Origin: Candidatus Adlerbacteria bacterium
Lineage (GTDB): Bacteria > Patescibacteriota > Minisyncoccia > Phycocordibacterales > SBAW01
Direction: 5' to 3'
NCBI GenBank assembly: GCA_903851045.1
Contig: CAINNF010000015.1
Coordinates: 96,644-160,643, forward strand
DNA length: 64,000 nt
The position numbers were made by a program, and so were the translations under genes. Below, piece after piece: positions 49,306-58,287 of the stretch (position 1 is its first letter; every line of letters begins with the position of its first letter). A model generated the notes under the pieces. That model did no database searches, was not told where the DNA came from, and saw nothing but the letters and a program-made list of their open reading frames with translations.

Positions 49306-49758
49306 CTACAGAGGGATCTGTTCTATGGAGCCGTGCAATATCGTGGGCTGCATACCGAGAATCTCTTCCTTGAAGGGTGACTGCGCGGGCAAGTCGTTTA
49401 GAATATAGATCTTTTTCCCAGTAGCGAATGCATACCCCATCTCTAGGAAGCCGTTCGCGCCGATGTAGTTGGGCTGGCCTTTCTTCTCCCAGTTCGTGAT
49501 GAGCACCGCGTCGCTCGCGTCGATCTTTGCAAAATGTGTTAGGATCGCGCTCCCCTTCTTCTTCCATACGTCATGTTCGGGCGGGAAGGCATCGGCGCCT
49601 CCCTGCTGACCCACGAACTTCCCGACCGAAACACCATCTCCCGCGACCTCCAACTCAAGTGTCGGGGCAAGGACGGTATGACCCATCACCTCTAACGTCT
49701 GTTGCAGTTCGAGAAACTCAGTATAAAAAGCCATCGACGAGCAGATGCAGATCTTCAT
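49306..49758 (-). CDS. nucleoside 2-deoxyribosyltransferase-like protein
   Basis: KICICSSM..HFAKIDASDAVL..NYIG..FLEMGYA..GKKIYILN. Confidence 0.7.
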   Translation of the reverse strand: MKICICSSMAFYTEFLELQQTLEVMGHTVLAPTLELEVAGDGVSVGKFVGQQGGADAFPPEHDVWKKKGSAILTHFAKIDASDAVLITNWEKKGQPNYIGANGFLEMGYAFATGKKIYILNDLPAQSPFKEEILGMQPTILHGSIEQIPL

Positions 49759-49808
49759 GGGAGCCAGTATACCAGCAAAAAGCGTAGTGCTACGATCATA
49801 CTTCCACG

Positions 49809-50069
49809 TTACCAGATCCCCGGGCCATCTCCATCGAGATACCACAAGCCGTCGATCAATACTATTTTGATGGTCTGCCCATTCGCAACAACGCAGTCGC
49901 CGTACGTATCCGTCTTGTCTACCAGCCGCACACACCCACGAAACGCGTAATACCGCTCGAAGGTCGTGTGCGCGAGGTGTGTGGTATAGACCTGGTACAC
50001 CAACACCACTCCCGCAACCAGCAACAAGAGACCAACTTCCCACAAAGTTTTGTGTTTGTGTATTACCAT
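49809..50069 (-). CDS. small membrane-anchored hypothetical protein
   Basis: TM helix followed by YYAFRGC..WYLDGD. Confidence 0.65.
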   Translation of the reverse strand: MVIHKHKTLWEVGLLLLVAGVVLVYQVYTTHLAHTTFERYYAFRGCVRLVDKTDTYGDCVVANGQTIKIVLIDGLWYLDGDGPGIW

Positions 50070-50600
50070 ACATTCTATAGAACTGCGCTGAGGCACATAA
50101 GTCACCCTTGAGTATCTCTTTCCATATCCCACCCTCACACATCGCACTACTTTTATAACACCAAAGAGTTGGCTAGTGGACGCAAGATAATCTTTCGAAA
50201 ACAGTACCAATATGCAGACAAAGTACGAAAAACGAACCTCCATGTGGGAACTGTGGGGATCAAAGATAAAGAGAATTCACGCAGATACGTAGAAGCCAAA
50301 GACACCTTTATGACCCACTACACCCAACACGTGTCCCGCGACCACTAAGGAATATGTAGAAAAAGAAATGCCGCTTAGAATATAAGCGGCAAGGGTGGTT
50401 TGAGCTTGTCCAGTATTTTCCCCGAGGCACCACCAGGGAATTGTTGAACGATCACCGCCAGCAGTGGCCACCCAAGAAGGGTCGCGTCATTGTCCAAAAA
50501 CTACTCTTGGACCCCACGCCCACCTGACGTTCAGAGCTTAAGCCCGTATGATTGCCCAAACCATCCATATCTAATCACACTCCAACAAAAACACAAACAT

Positions 50601-50630
50601 GGAAATTGGGGAGGCGTCCAATTGATTACG
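50601..50630. repeat. partial duplicate of the left end of the hairpin element
   Basis: GGAAATTGGGGAGGCGTCCAATTGATTACG immediately before the full copy. Confidence 0.85.
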
Positions 50631-50644
50631 TGGAAATTGAAATT

Positions 50645-50774
50645 GGGGAGGCGTCCAATTGATTACGATTTACTGTGGTCTAATGGTAATCTCCATCCGC
50701 TATGTTAATCAATGTAGCATAGCAGGAACCAATTACCACACCACACGATTTTCAAATTAAACGGACGCCTCCCC
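50645..50774. mobile_element. 130-bp non-autonomous hairpin element (MITE/REPIN-like), copy 1
   Basis: Terminal IR GGGGAGGCGTCC/GGACGCCTCCCC; nested internal stems; identical to 53620-53749. Confidence 0.75.
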
Positions 50775-50860
50775 ATTATTCCATTATTCAGGAAAGGAAA
50801 GAAAGGAAAAGGCCACGGTTACTTGATTAACCGTGGCCCAGTATCGCCGGAGCGTGTCGG

Positions 50861-51934
50861 CTAGCGCTCGAACGCTCTTCCCGCTATCCGCTTGTAGAGC
50901 GCGGCAGTGTTGCCGCGCTCACCCTCGAAGTGTGAGGTACGGATGATCCCCGCAAGAATCTCAAGGCGCCAATCATACCTGGCGGTCCCCGGGTCGGTTA
51001 CCGAGGTCAGGATAATGATGCCTTTCGGGCCATAGAACTCCTGGAAGATGATACCGAGGGTTCGTCTCCAATATTCAGGCGCTTGCGCGTCGAACAGTAT
51101 CTTAGCGAGGCTGGGATCTTTGCCGAGCGCCTCCAGCACATCCTCTTGCATCTGCTGGAGGAGTGGGGAGACGAGGTCGATGTCGCGATGGTCGTTGTAG
51201 ACCCTGTTGACACCACGCAGGTCGGACCTCATCCACACGTCCGTGAGCACCCCACTCACGAACCCATGACGAAACCGAGGACCATGCATCGTACCGAATC
51301 CATGCAGCCAATGACCGTAGTAGTAATCGTGGCTGATGTACCGACCCGAACGAGCATCTTCGACGTGGGCCAAAGTCCAGGCGGTCACAAGTGTCTGAAA
51401 CGCAGACGCCAGGTCGGCAACTTTCTCGAAGAAGGAATTCGAAGGGTTGCCCGCGTAGGCGTCGTCTGGGCCTTCATATCGAAGGTACAGGGTCTCGTTA
51501 TCGTGACTGAATCCAGCTTCGGCTTTCGCCCATTCGGGAGAACCCTGCTCAACCTCAGCGATCGAGAAGAAGCCACCAAAGCCAGCGTCGCGTCGAGGGA
51601 AGATGGTGGTGAAATAGTACACCGTGCGGTCTCCCGCATGCACCTTGACCTCGTCGACCTCGATCACACTCTTTTGGATCACCGTGTCGGCGAGATGGAG
51701 TCTCAGTAGACGGTCTCCCTCCCTCAGCTCATGCAGATTCACCCACCTCAACCTCACACCGAACATGCCGTCGGTGATCCCGAGTTGACCTATGTCGGCC
51801 TTGATCCGTTCCAGATCCTCGCGTCGAGGTCTCCGTTTGCCGGGAACCAAAATTCGAGAGGACTGTCCATAGAGATACGGCGCGATGTCGACGAGATCGT
51901 CCTCGCTTCGGACTTGAATAAGCGGTTTACCCAT
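50861..51934 (-). CDS. hypothetical protein
   Basis: AAGGAGG SD, own TTGACA promoter and terminator; no motif recognised. Confidence 0.7.
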   Translation of the reverse strand: MGKPLIQVRSEDDLVDIAPYLYGQSSRILVPGKRRPRREDLERIKADIGQLGITDGMFGVRLRWVNLHELREGDRLLRLHLADTVIQKSVIEVDEVKVHAGDRTVYYFTTIFPRRDAGFGGFFSIAEVEQGSPEWAKAEAGFSHDNETLYLRYEGPDDAYAGNPSNSFFEKVADLASAFQTLVTAWTLAHVEDARSGRYISHDYYYGHWLHGFGTMHGPRFRHGFVSGVLTDVWMRSDLRGVNRVYNDHRDIDLVSPLLQQMQEDVLEALGKDPSLAKILFDAQAPEYWRRTLGIIFQEFYGPKGIIILTSVTDPGTARYDWRLEILAGIIRTSHFEGERGNTAALYKRIAGRAFER

Positions 51935-52047
51935 TTTCGCCACCTCCTTAGTGCAGCGTTTTTAAGGGCGATAGTACCCAAAAACATAATATCACACTCT
52001 AAATACATATGTCAACAGGTTGTCGGGGAACATAATTTCCAGATCAA

Positions 52048-52716
52048 CTAGACGGCTCCGTAAGCTTCCGATGAAAGCGCCCCGAGATAGTCCCACAGTT
52101 TGGTGATACTTTTTTCTCTCGTCCAAAAGTTCAGGATCTTCTCACGAATGTCCTGATGCTGCGGATAGCCTTCGTCGTATGCTCCCTCGGGCATCAGATC
52201 TTTACACTCCACATTAAGCAGGACGGTGAGCGACTCTTTGAGATCATTATACTTGAGCGCTCCCAGTCGCTGCTCTTCGTCTGGGCCCAGACCATACCAT
52301 GTGTAGAAATGCCACAGCTCATGCATCGCTATCTTGCGTGGATAGAACACCGGCACCGTAACGAAGAAAAAATCGTTCTTGATGTTGTATGGGCGGCGGT
52401 TGTTGACCGTGAGATACGCATGTATGTCACGAGGAAGAGATACGCCAAAAAGAGCCTCCGCCCGTTGTTGGTACTCCCCCGCAACCGTGTCCCAGTCCTG
52501 TTGGTACTTGCGTATGTGTTCCTGAACATCGATACCCTTTTCGGCGATATACGCACGAACGAAACCCTCGACCATCTCGAGTGTCGGATCCTCGCCGCAG
52601 CGTGCCACCAACTGCTCATACACCCGAGTCGGCACCGAGGAGTTGTTCGAACTCTTCCCCTTGTTCAGGAGACACCACACATCCTTTCCTTCATCGTATG
52701 CAAAAATGACTTTCAT
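52048..52716 (-). CDS. hypothetical HEXXH (zincin-like) protein
   Basis: MHELWHFY..KESLTVLLN..GYPQH. Confidence 0.7.
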   Translation of the reverse strand: MKVIFAYDEGKDVWCLLNKGKSSNNSSVPTRVYEQLVARCGEDPTLEMVEGFVRAYIAEKGIDVQEHIRKYQQDWDTVAGEYQQRAEALFGVSLPRDIHAYLTVNNRRPYNIKNDFFFVTVPVFYPRKIAMHELWHFYTWYGLGPDEEQRLGALKYNDLKESLTVLLNVECKDLMPEGAYDEGYPQHQDIREKILNFWTREKSITKLWDYLGALSSEAYGAV

Positions 52717-52802
52717 GTTTTTTCCTAACAATATCTGGCAACATCAGAAATGAAGGAACCTATAGCCTACTGGGACTTTGGCACAAAGATCTCATGTAGA
52801 CC

Positions 52803-53381
52803 TTAGGATGTCCTTGCCAACGTTTTCAGCTCTGTGACCAACGGCCGCTCGTCTCCTTCAAAACTCGTTACCATCGCCTGCAAAAAACGCTCGGGGTCGA
52901 GTCGGTCGAGATTAAGCGGATGGCCAGCATGGTCGGCAAGGAGCAAGAGAAAGGATGTCTGCACACGGCCATTACCCTCACGAAATGGGTGGATCGCGTT
53001 AAGTGTCGCAAGAAAATGGGCAGCACGCTCCGCAAACACGTCGGTAGAAAGTCCGCAGAGATAGTCCTGACGCTTCAGTTCATTGAACAGTGTTTGCATC
53101 TCTTGGTCGATATGCTCTGGGTAGCAAAATGCGCTACCACCCTTGCCGATACGCACCGTGCGAAATTCTCCCGCCCACGAATACACATCCTGAAAGAGGT
53201 GGTGGTGAATGGCACAATAGTGAGTGACATCAAGCAGCCCGAGCGGAAGCGGTTCGTCAGAGCGCTGAGTGGTCATAGCCGCCTCAAACTCATCGAGCAA
53301 GTTTTGCTCTCTGCTATCGAGCAGATTCTTAAGAACTGTCGTCCCTTCGTAGCAATAGATATCTTGTACTGCGTCGTACAT
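52803..53381 (-). CDS. fic: Fic-family protein (AMPylating toxin)
   Basis: HPFREGNGR, YCYEGTTVLKN, HHHLFQDVYSWAG. Confidence 0.95.
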   Translation of the reverse strand: MYDAVQDIYCYEGTTVLKNLLDSREQNLLDEFEAAMTTQRSDEPLPLGLLDVTHYCAIHHHLFQDVYSWAGEFRTVRIGKGGSAFCYPEHIDQEMQTLFNELKRQDYLCGLSTDVFAERAAHFLATLNAIHPFREGNGRVQTSFLLLLADHAGHPLNLDRLDPERFLQAMVTSFEGDERPLVTELKTLARTS

Positions 53382-53390
53382 GGTCTGGAG

Positions 53391-53570
53391 TTACCGAGCG
53401 TACTTCTTGGAGATAGCTTGGCGTCTGTCTGCGTGAGAGAGATTCTTCTCCTCGAACACTTGAAAGTCCTTGCGCATCCCCGGAGTCAAACTGATACCCT
53501 CCACAGCGCTAATTTTAGCGAAGACCTTGCGACCAATAGTATAACTTTTGGGTATGTTTTTCACATTCAT
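53391..53570 (-). CDS. FicA/VbhA-like antitoxin
   Basis: Small gene directly upstream of fic with ISAVEG, resembling the (S/T)xxxE(G/N) inhibitory motif. Confidence 0.75.
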   Translation of the reverse strand: MNVKNIPKSYTIGRKVFAKISAVEGISLTPGMRKDFQVFEEKNLSHADRRQAISKKYAR

Positions 53571-53619
53571 ATTGTACCACACATCACCCATTCTCCAAAT
53601 TTAGGAAAATTGGGAAATT

Positions 53620-53749
53620 GGGGAGGCGTCCAATTGATTACGATTTACTGTGGTCTAATGGTAATCTCCATCCGCTATGTTAATCAATGTAGCATAGCAG
53701 GAACCAATTACCACACCACACGATTTTCAAATTAAACGGACGCCTCCCC
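53620..53749. mobile_element. 130-bp non-autonomous hairpin element, copy 2
   Basis: Identical to 50645-50774; followed by (CCCATTA)3 and an extra GGACACCTCCCC at 53770-53781. Confidence 0.75.
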
Positions 53750-53786
53750 ATTACCCATTACCCATTACTGGACACCTCCCCGTTAC

Positions 53787-54368
53787 CTAGAGTCCTTGGA
53801 CATAGGGCGCTAAGGGATAGTACTCAAAGAGCGACTTACCTGATGCATCCTTACAGGATGCGATTTTGGCTGTGATTTGTGCGCGTTGTTGCGCAGAGTC
53901 AGCGTTCTTTACACGAACGATCTCCTTTTGATCTTCACTCGCCATGGCGAGTTTCCCTAGGTCATTACCATCGACCGAGTATTGGTCGACATAATCTTCC
54001 ATATCCATCATTAGAAATGTCTTATCGGTACATACGAAATGCGTCCTGTAGATGGACGGGTTCATGTCGACATACGCCCCTTTCACCAAGGAATTGAAAA
54101 TGCCCGTTGGGGCCAAGATTACCACAAGCACTAAGACGAGCAGTACCAGCAGAGTCAACACATACTGCTTGCGTATATACAGCACCCAACTCAACAAGAA
54201 AAGGATCGCTGGATATATAGCAAAAAATTGGCCCCAAGCGATGAGGCCTGCATACATGTCCCCTGGCGTGTCGTGCTGCATACCGAGCACAAGCAGTAGA
54301 GGCTCCAAGCCAATACCGACGACCCCCAAAAGGATAAGGAGTATCTTTGCAATCTTCCTATAATCCAT
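53787..54368 (-). CDS. hypothetical membrane protein
   Basis: Three N-terminal TM helices and a soluble C-terminus. Confidence 0.65.
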   Translation of the reverse strand: MDYRKIAKILLILLGVVGIGLEPLLLVLGMQHDTPGDMYAGLIAWGQFFAIYPAILFLLSWVLYIRKQYVLTLLVLLVLVLVVILAPTGIFNSLVKGAYVDMNPSIYRTHFVCTDKTFLMMDMEDYVDQYSVDGNDLGKLAMASEDQKEIVRVKNADSAQQRAQITAKIASCKDASGKSLFEYYPLAPYVQGL

Positions 54369-54542
54369 ACTAACCAGTATAACGTACAAAAAATTTGGAA
54401 CCGACGCACAATCACACTCGCAGGTCGACCTCCCTCACGAACTGAGGTTGGTCGTCACGTTTTGTTTCAGAGCCCGATAAAATGAAACCATTATACCTCC
54501 TTGGACCACTATCGCTGTCCAGTTATGTGACTGTCCACCTCC

Positions 54543-55196
54543 CTACTTCCTCCCCTCCCACTCAAGGAGGAACTGCTTCATGTAGGCTTGGAGGTATTGG
54601 TGCCTTTGTTTGGCGATCGATGTGCCGGTTGGGGTGTTCATGAGGTCTTTGAGGAGGAGGATCTTTTCGTAGAAGTGGTGGAAGGAGGAGCTCTCGAGTT
54701 TGCGGTAGTTGGCGGTCGTGTTGATTGGTTGGGGCTTTTTGGTCGGGTCGTAGAGGGGGCGGTGTTTGCTGCCGCCGAAGGCGAAGGCGCGGGCGATGCC
54801 TATCGCGCCCAGGGCGTCGAGGCGGTCGGCATCTTGCACGATGTGGAACTCCTTCGAGGCGTCGGTGCGTCGCTTGTTCAACGAATGACTGAAGGACATG
54901 TTTTTGATTATGAACAACACTTGGTCGATCACCTCCCCCGGCACCTTGTTTGCCTTCAAAAAGTTCTCGGCAATCGTGTAGTCGTCCTCCGCTTTTCCTA
55001 TCACCTTTCGGTCACCGACGTCGTGGAGCAAGACGGCCAGGTCGATGATGAATTGGTCGGCCTTCTCCTTTTTGTTGATGGTCCGGGCGTTGTTGTACAC
55101 CCGCTCGATATGCCACCAATCATGCCCCGTCCCCTCCCCCACGAGGGACTTCTTTACAAAGAGGACTGTTTTTTTGAGTATTGCTTGTTTGTTCAT
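54543..55196 (-). CDS. HD-domain phosphohydrolase (YedJ/YpgQ-like)
   Basis: GHDWWHIERV, LLHDVGD, QDADRLDALGAIGIARAF. Confidence 0.93.
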   Translation of the reverse strand: MNKQAILKKTVLFVKKSLVGEGTGHDWWHIERVYNNARTINKKEKADQFIIDLAVLLHDVGDRKVIGKAEDDYTIAENFLKANKVPGEVIDQVLFIIKNMSFSHSLNKRRTDASKEFHIVQDADRLDALGAIGIARAFAFGGSKHRPLYDPTKKPQPINTTANYRKLESSSFHHFYEKILLLKDLMNTPTGTSIAKQRHQYLQAYMKQFLLEWEGRK

Positions 55197-55377
55197 ACGT
55201 TCAGTTAAAGAAGTCGTCTTATCGCTCTGGCTTGGCTCCATTATACTGCCGAATCACCCCGGCTATGTTCCGATAATGTAGTGAGGAGGACGGTACGGTC
55301 ACGATTAGACAATATGACCCGAAACATATTTGGATACACAAAGCTCCTGTTGAAAAAAAGAAAACCGGATGCGTAGA

Positions 55378-55938
55378 CTAGTGGTTAAATTGGGTGGACG
55401 CCACTATCTTTCGTAACATATCTTCGTATGTACTCACTTCAGAATCAGATACGTTGGCGATATCGATGTACAAACGGTCGCCAGCACTATCGAAAGGACC
55501 TGACAGAGCCTCAATATCATTTGCGTTGTCGGGAGATCCGTTGACAACGACACCTTGGTTTCTGTGATGCCAAAGGAGTCCTGATGTGTTTCCGATTGAT
55601 ACCACCTCTGGCTTCCCCGTGTTGCTAGGTGTGATCATACCCTTATTCGCCTCAGTAATAATGTGTGTCGAACCAAAAATTACCATACCCTTCGGCACAC
55701 TACCCGTGATAAGTTTGCCGGTATCTGATCCTGTGGGAACATACATGGTGAGACTAGAGGGTACCTCAAAAGAAAACGTACCCTGAGGATCTGCGTATGT
55801 AACCCAGCCGTTTCCCATATCGGTTACACCACTCGCTACACCACTTTTGTGTGCACTCCAATACACACCACCTGCAATAACCAGAGCGAATATACTGAGC
55901 AGAAAGATGGTGGAAAAACCTTTTTGAAAATTGTTCAT
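55378..55938 (-). CDS. membrane-anchored protein with prepilin-like N-terminus
   Basis: QKGF followed by a hydrophobic helix; WVTY..FSFEVP; IVASTQF end. Confidence 0.7.
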   Translation of the reverse strand: MNNFQKGFSTIFLLSIFALVIAGGVYWSAHKSGVASGVTDMGNGWVTYADPQGTFSFEVPSSLTMYVPTGSDTGKLITGSVPKGMVIFGSTHIITEANKGMITPSNTGKPEVVSIGNTSGLLWHHRNQGVVVNGSPDNANDIEALSGPFDSAGDRLYIDIANVSDSEVSTYEDMLRKIVASTQFNH

Positions 55939-56091
55939 GTGGATATTGTAGCTCCAATTAGCCGTCAGTTCCACCCTTTTGCAGAACTCGCCCCGTGGCT
56001 CACGCAAAATGACACAAGGCTCCCTCTCTTGTGCTGTCTTAGTCACGTGTGGCCCGCCACGCGTGAGTGAGCGAAGCGAACGAATTTTGCG

Positions 56092-56165
56092 TGGCTGCGA
56101 GACTAGGATTCGAACCTAGATAGACAGATTCAGAGTCTGTCGTCCTACCATTAGACGATCTCGCA
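56092..56165 (-). tRNA. tRNA-Gln (anticodon CTG)
   Basis: TGCGAGA acceptor stem, ACAGA-CTCTGAA-TCTGT anticodon arm, GTTCGAATCC T-arm, encoded CCA. Confidence 0.97.
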
Positions 56166-56322
56166 ATGATCGAGGGAAAACCCGCGACGTAGCACCACAA
56201 TACCGAAAAATCGACAAAATCTCAACTCCTTGCCAGCCATACGGTATGTCACATATGGTCATCTACTTGACATAATACGATCCATTGGTACTCTACGTCC
56301 TAGATCGGTTGGAGAAATATCA

Positions 56323-56799
56323 ATGACACGCGAAGATCTGCTGGATGCGAAGGCGGCAGAACTACAAGAGGTTCTCGTGGCGTGGGCACGGGAACATGGC
56401 ATTTTGGGTGCAGGAGAAGAGTTAGTCTTTACTCTTCGTGTCCGCCCAGTCGTCACTGTCAGGAGGGACGAGTCGGACACCACCCTCGACTCTCCTGAAG
56501 CGTTACCGGTGAGCAATATCAAGTCTCATTATACGGGCACGTTCGTGCGACCGGCGCAGCTGGGCAATGACGACATGCGTTTACTTCTTGCCGAGTTGAC
56601 TCCACAGGCACGCAGCGAGATGCGGCGACTGCTTGTCGACTATAAGAACAATCCGACACGCATCTATTCCGCAGCAAGACAGCAGTTCAACAAGCGGCTA
56701 CAACGCAAGACTCTCGACGGCAAGTTCTACCGAGTCGTCTCGGTCGACAAGAAAAGTCAGTTGTGGGAAGTGCGGCCACCCCAGTCTGAGCGCTCATAA
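56323..56799 (+). CDS. hypothetical protein
   Basis: TTGACA promoter, GGAG SD, terminator near 56851-56875. Confidence 0.55.
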   Translation: MTREDLLDAKAAELQEVLVAWAREHGILGAGEELVFTLRVRPVVTVRRDESDTTLDSPEALPVSNIKSHYTGTFVRPAQLGNDDMRLLLAELTPQARSEMRRLLVDYKNNPTRIYSAARQQFNKRLQRKTLDGKFYRVVSVDKKSQLWEVRPPQSERS

Positions 56800-57013
56800 C
56801 TTTTGCCACGATATTGGCGCACGACATGGTTGGGTTAGGAGTGAAACACGGCGGTCACTAGTGACCGCCTTTTTTGTTACGACTCAAGGTGTGCGAATGC
56901 TACGATATACCGTTCGGGGATGGCCGTCCTCACACTAAACCGGTCCATTTGACTTCGTTGTGCGGTGCGGTACTGTGTCGCATAGACTGCACCGCTCGAT
57001 AGAGGAGGATCCA

Positions 57014-58150
57014 TTGAGCACTTGTACGACCAAAAACGACTTTACCGACTTCGTGTCCCAGGTCGAACAGGGCGCAGGGTATGTTCGCCCACGCGCGTTC
57101 GGTATCGGCATCGCTTCACTCAGTAGTACCGGGGCCTTGTTGGATACCTGGTTTCCATTCCCCAATCACGAAGCGAACTACGGCACCGCCGCGGTACTTG
57201 CCGAAGCGTTTGGATATACCCACAGGCACGCCACCTTCTACAACTTCTCTGTTTCGGTCATCGATGACATACTCACTCGCTTCGCATGGTGCGAGGGCGA
57301 CGGCACAACCCACCACAATATCGTGGTGCTCAAACGCCTTCGCACACTTTTGCTGCACAGCAGTTCACCGACCGGGAAGGTCGGTGTCGTATGCTTCATC
57401 CCACCCGATGATCACGACGATGGTGCGCGGCATGGCGTTGCCGATGCCTACCTGCGCCTCCACCTGCTCAGTCATCGACTCGTGAAGCCGCACGGCATCA
57501 AGCTGAACGACATCTTCTCGACGCTGCCGAACAACTATTGGACCAACGAAGGCCCGATCGCCGAGGAGGATCTGGAGACGCGACGGTTCGAAGCGACAGC
57601 ACGGCGGTACCCACTGCTCGTGCATGGGCGAGATAAGTTCCCGCCATTGCTCGATTATGTGCAACCGACCGGGGTGCGTATCGCGGATGCGAGCCGGGTG
57701 CGGCTTGGCGCGTACCTCGGCCAAGGCTCGACCGTCATGCACGAAGGTTTCGTTAACTTCAATGCGGGCACACTCGGCGTTTCGATGGTCGAAGGGCGTA
57801 TCTCCTCCGGCGTCGTGGTCGGCACCAACTCCGACATCGGCGGTGGCGCTTCCATCATGGGGACGCTCTCCGGTGGCGGCAAGATGATCATCTCGATCGG
57901 CGAGCATTGCCTCATCGGCGCCAACGGCGGCATCGGCATCTCGCTGGGCGACCGTTGCACCATCGAGGCGGGTCTCTACGTTACCGCTTCGACCAAGGTG
58001 CTGCTCGAGGATGGGACGGTCGTCAAAGCGGCGACACTCTCGGGACACAGCGACATGCTCTTCATCCGTGACAGCCAGTCGGGCGCCGTGAACATGCGTC
58101 GCCCCAAAGGCCACGTTACGCTTAACGACACATTGCACAAGAACACCTAA
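57014..58150 (+). CDS. dapD: tetrahydrodipicolinate N-succinyltransferase (actinobacterial/Pseudomonas type)
   Basis: DAYLRLHLLSHRLVKPH, DKFP, RVRLGAYL..TVMHEGFVNFNAGTLG..VEGRIS; TTG start after GAGGAGG. Confidence 0.93.
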   Translation: MSTCTTKNDFTDFVSQVEQGAGYVRPRAFGIGIASLSSTGALLDTWFPFPNHEANYGTAAVLAEAFGYTHRHATFYNFSVSVIDDILTRFAWCEGDGTTHHNIVVLKRLRTLLLHSSSPTGKVGVVCFIPPDDHDDGARHGVADAYLRLHLLSHRLVKPHGIKLNDIFSTLPNNYWTNEGPIAEEDLETRRFEATARRYPLLVHGRDKFPPLLDYVQPTGVRIADASRVRLGAYLGQGSTVMHEGFVNFNAGTLGVSMVEGRISSGVVVGTNSDIGGGASIMGTLSGGGKMIISIGEHCLIGANGGIGISLGDRCTIEAGLYVTASTKVLLEDGTVVKAATLSGHSDMLFIRDSQSGAVNMRRPKGHVTLNDTLHKNT

Positions 58151-58287
58151 TACGCCAACGGCCATCCTTCACGGGGTGGCCGTTCTTTATTACATGTTCG
58201 GAATAGGTTTACTTGTCTCACGTACACATATCGTATGTATATGTCGAAACCTTGTGCTACCATTCCTTATAATAAACACTAAAGCAT

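Noticed and set aside
50277-50580. Possible gene remnant left of hairpin copy 1
   Set aside because: The frames I translated are short or interrupted and show no recognisable motif, so it is not called.
50678-50688. GTCTAATGGTA in the hairpin element also occurs in the tRNA-Gln D-arm
   Set aside because: Only 11 nt, with no T-arm or cloverleaf; attachment sites normally copy the tRNA 3' end. Probably coincidental.
50645-50774. Classical integron attC site
   Set aside because: The long imperfect hairpin fits, but the ends lack the RYYYAAC/GTTRRRY boxes and no integron integrase is present.
50601-53787. CRISPR, TIGR or other guide-RNA array
   Set aside because: Only two full repeats about 3 kb apart plus micro-stutters; no regular repeat-spacer periodicity and no cas or Nop-domain gene in the window.
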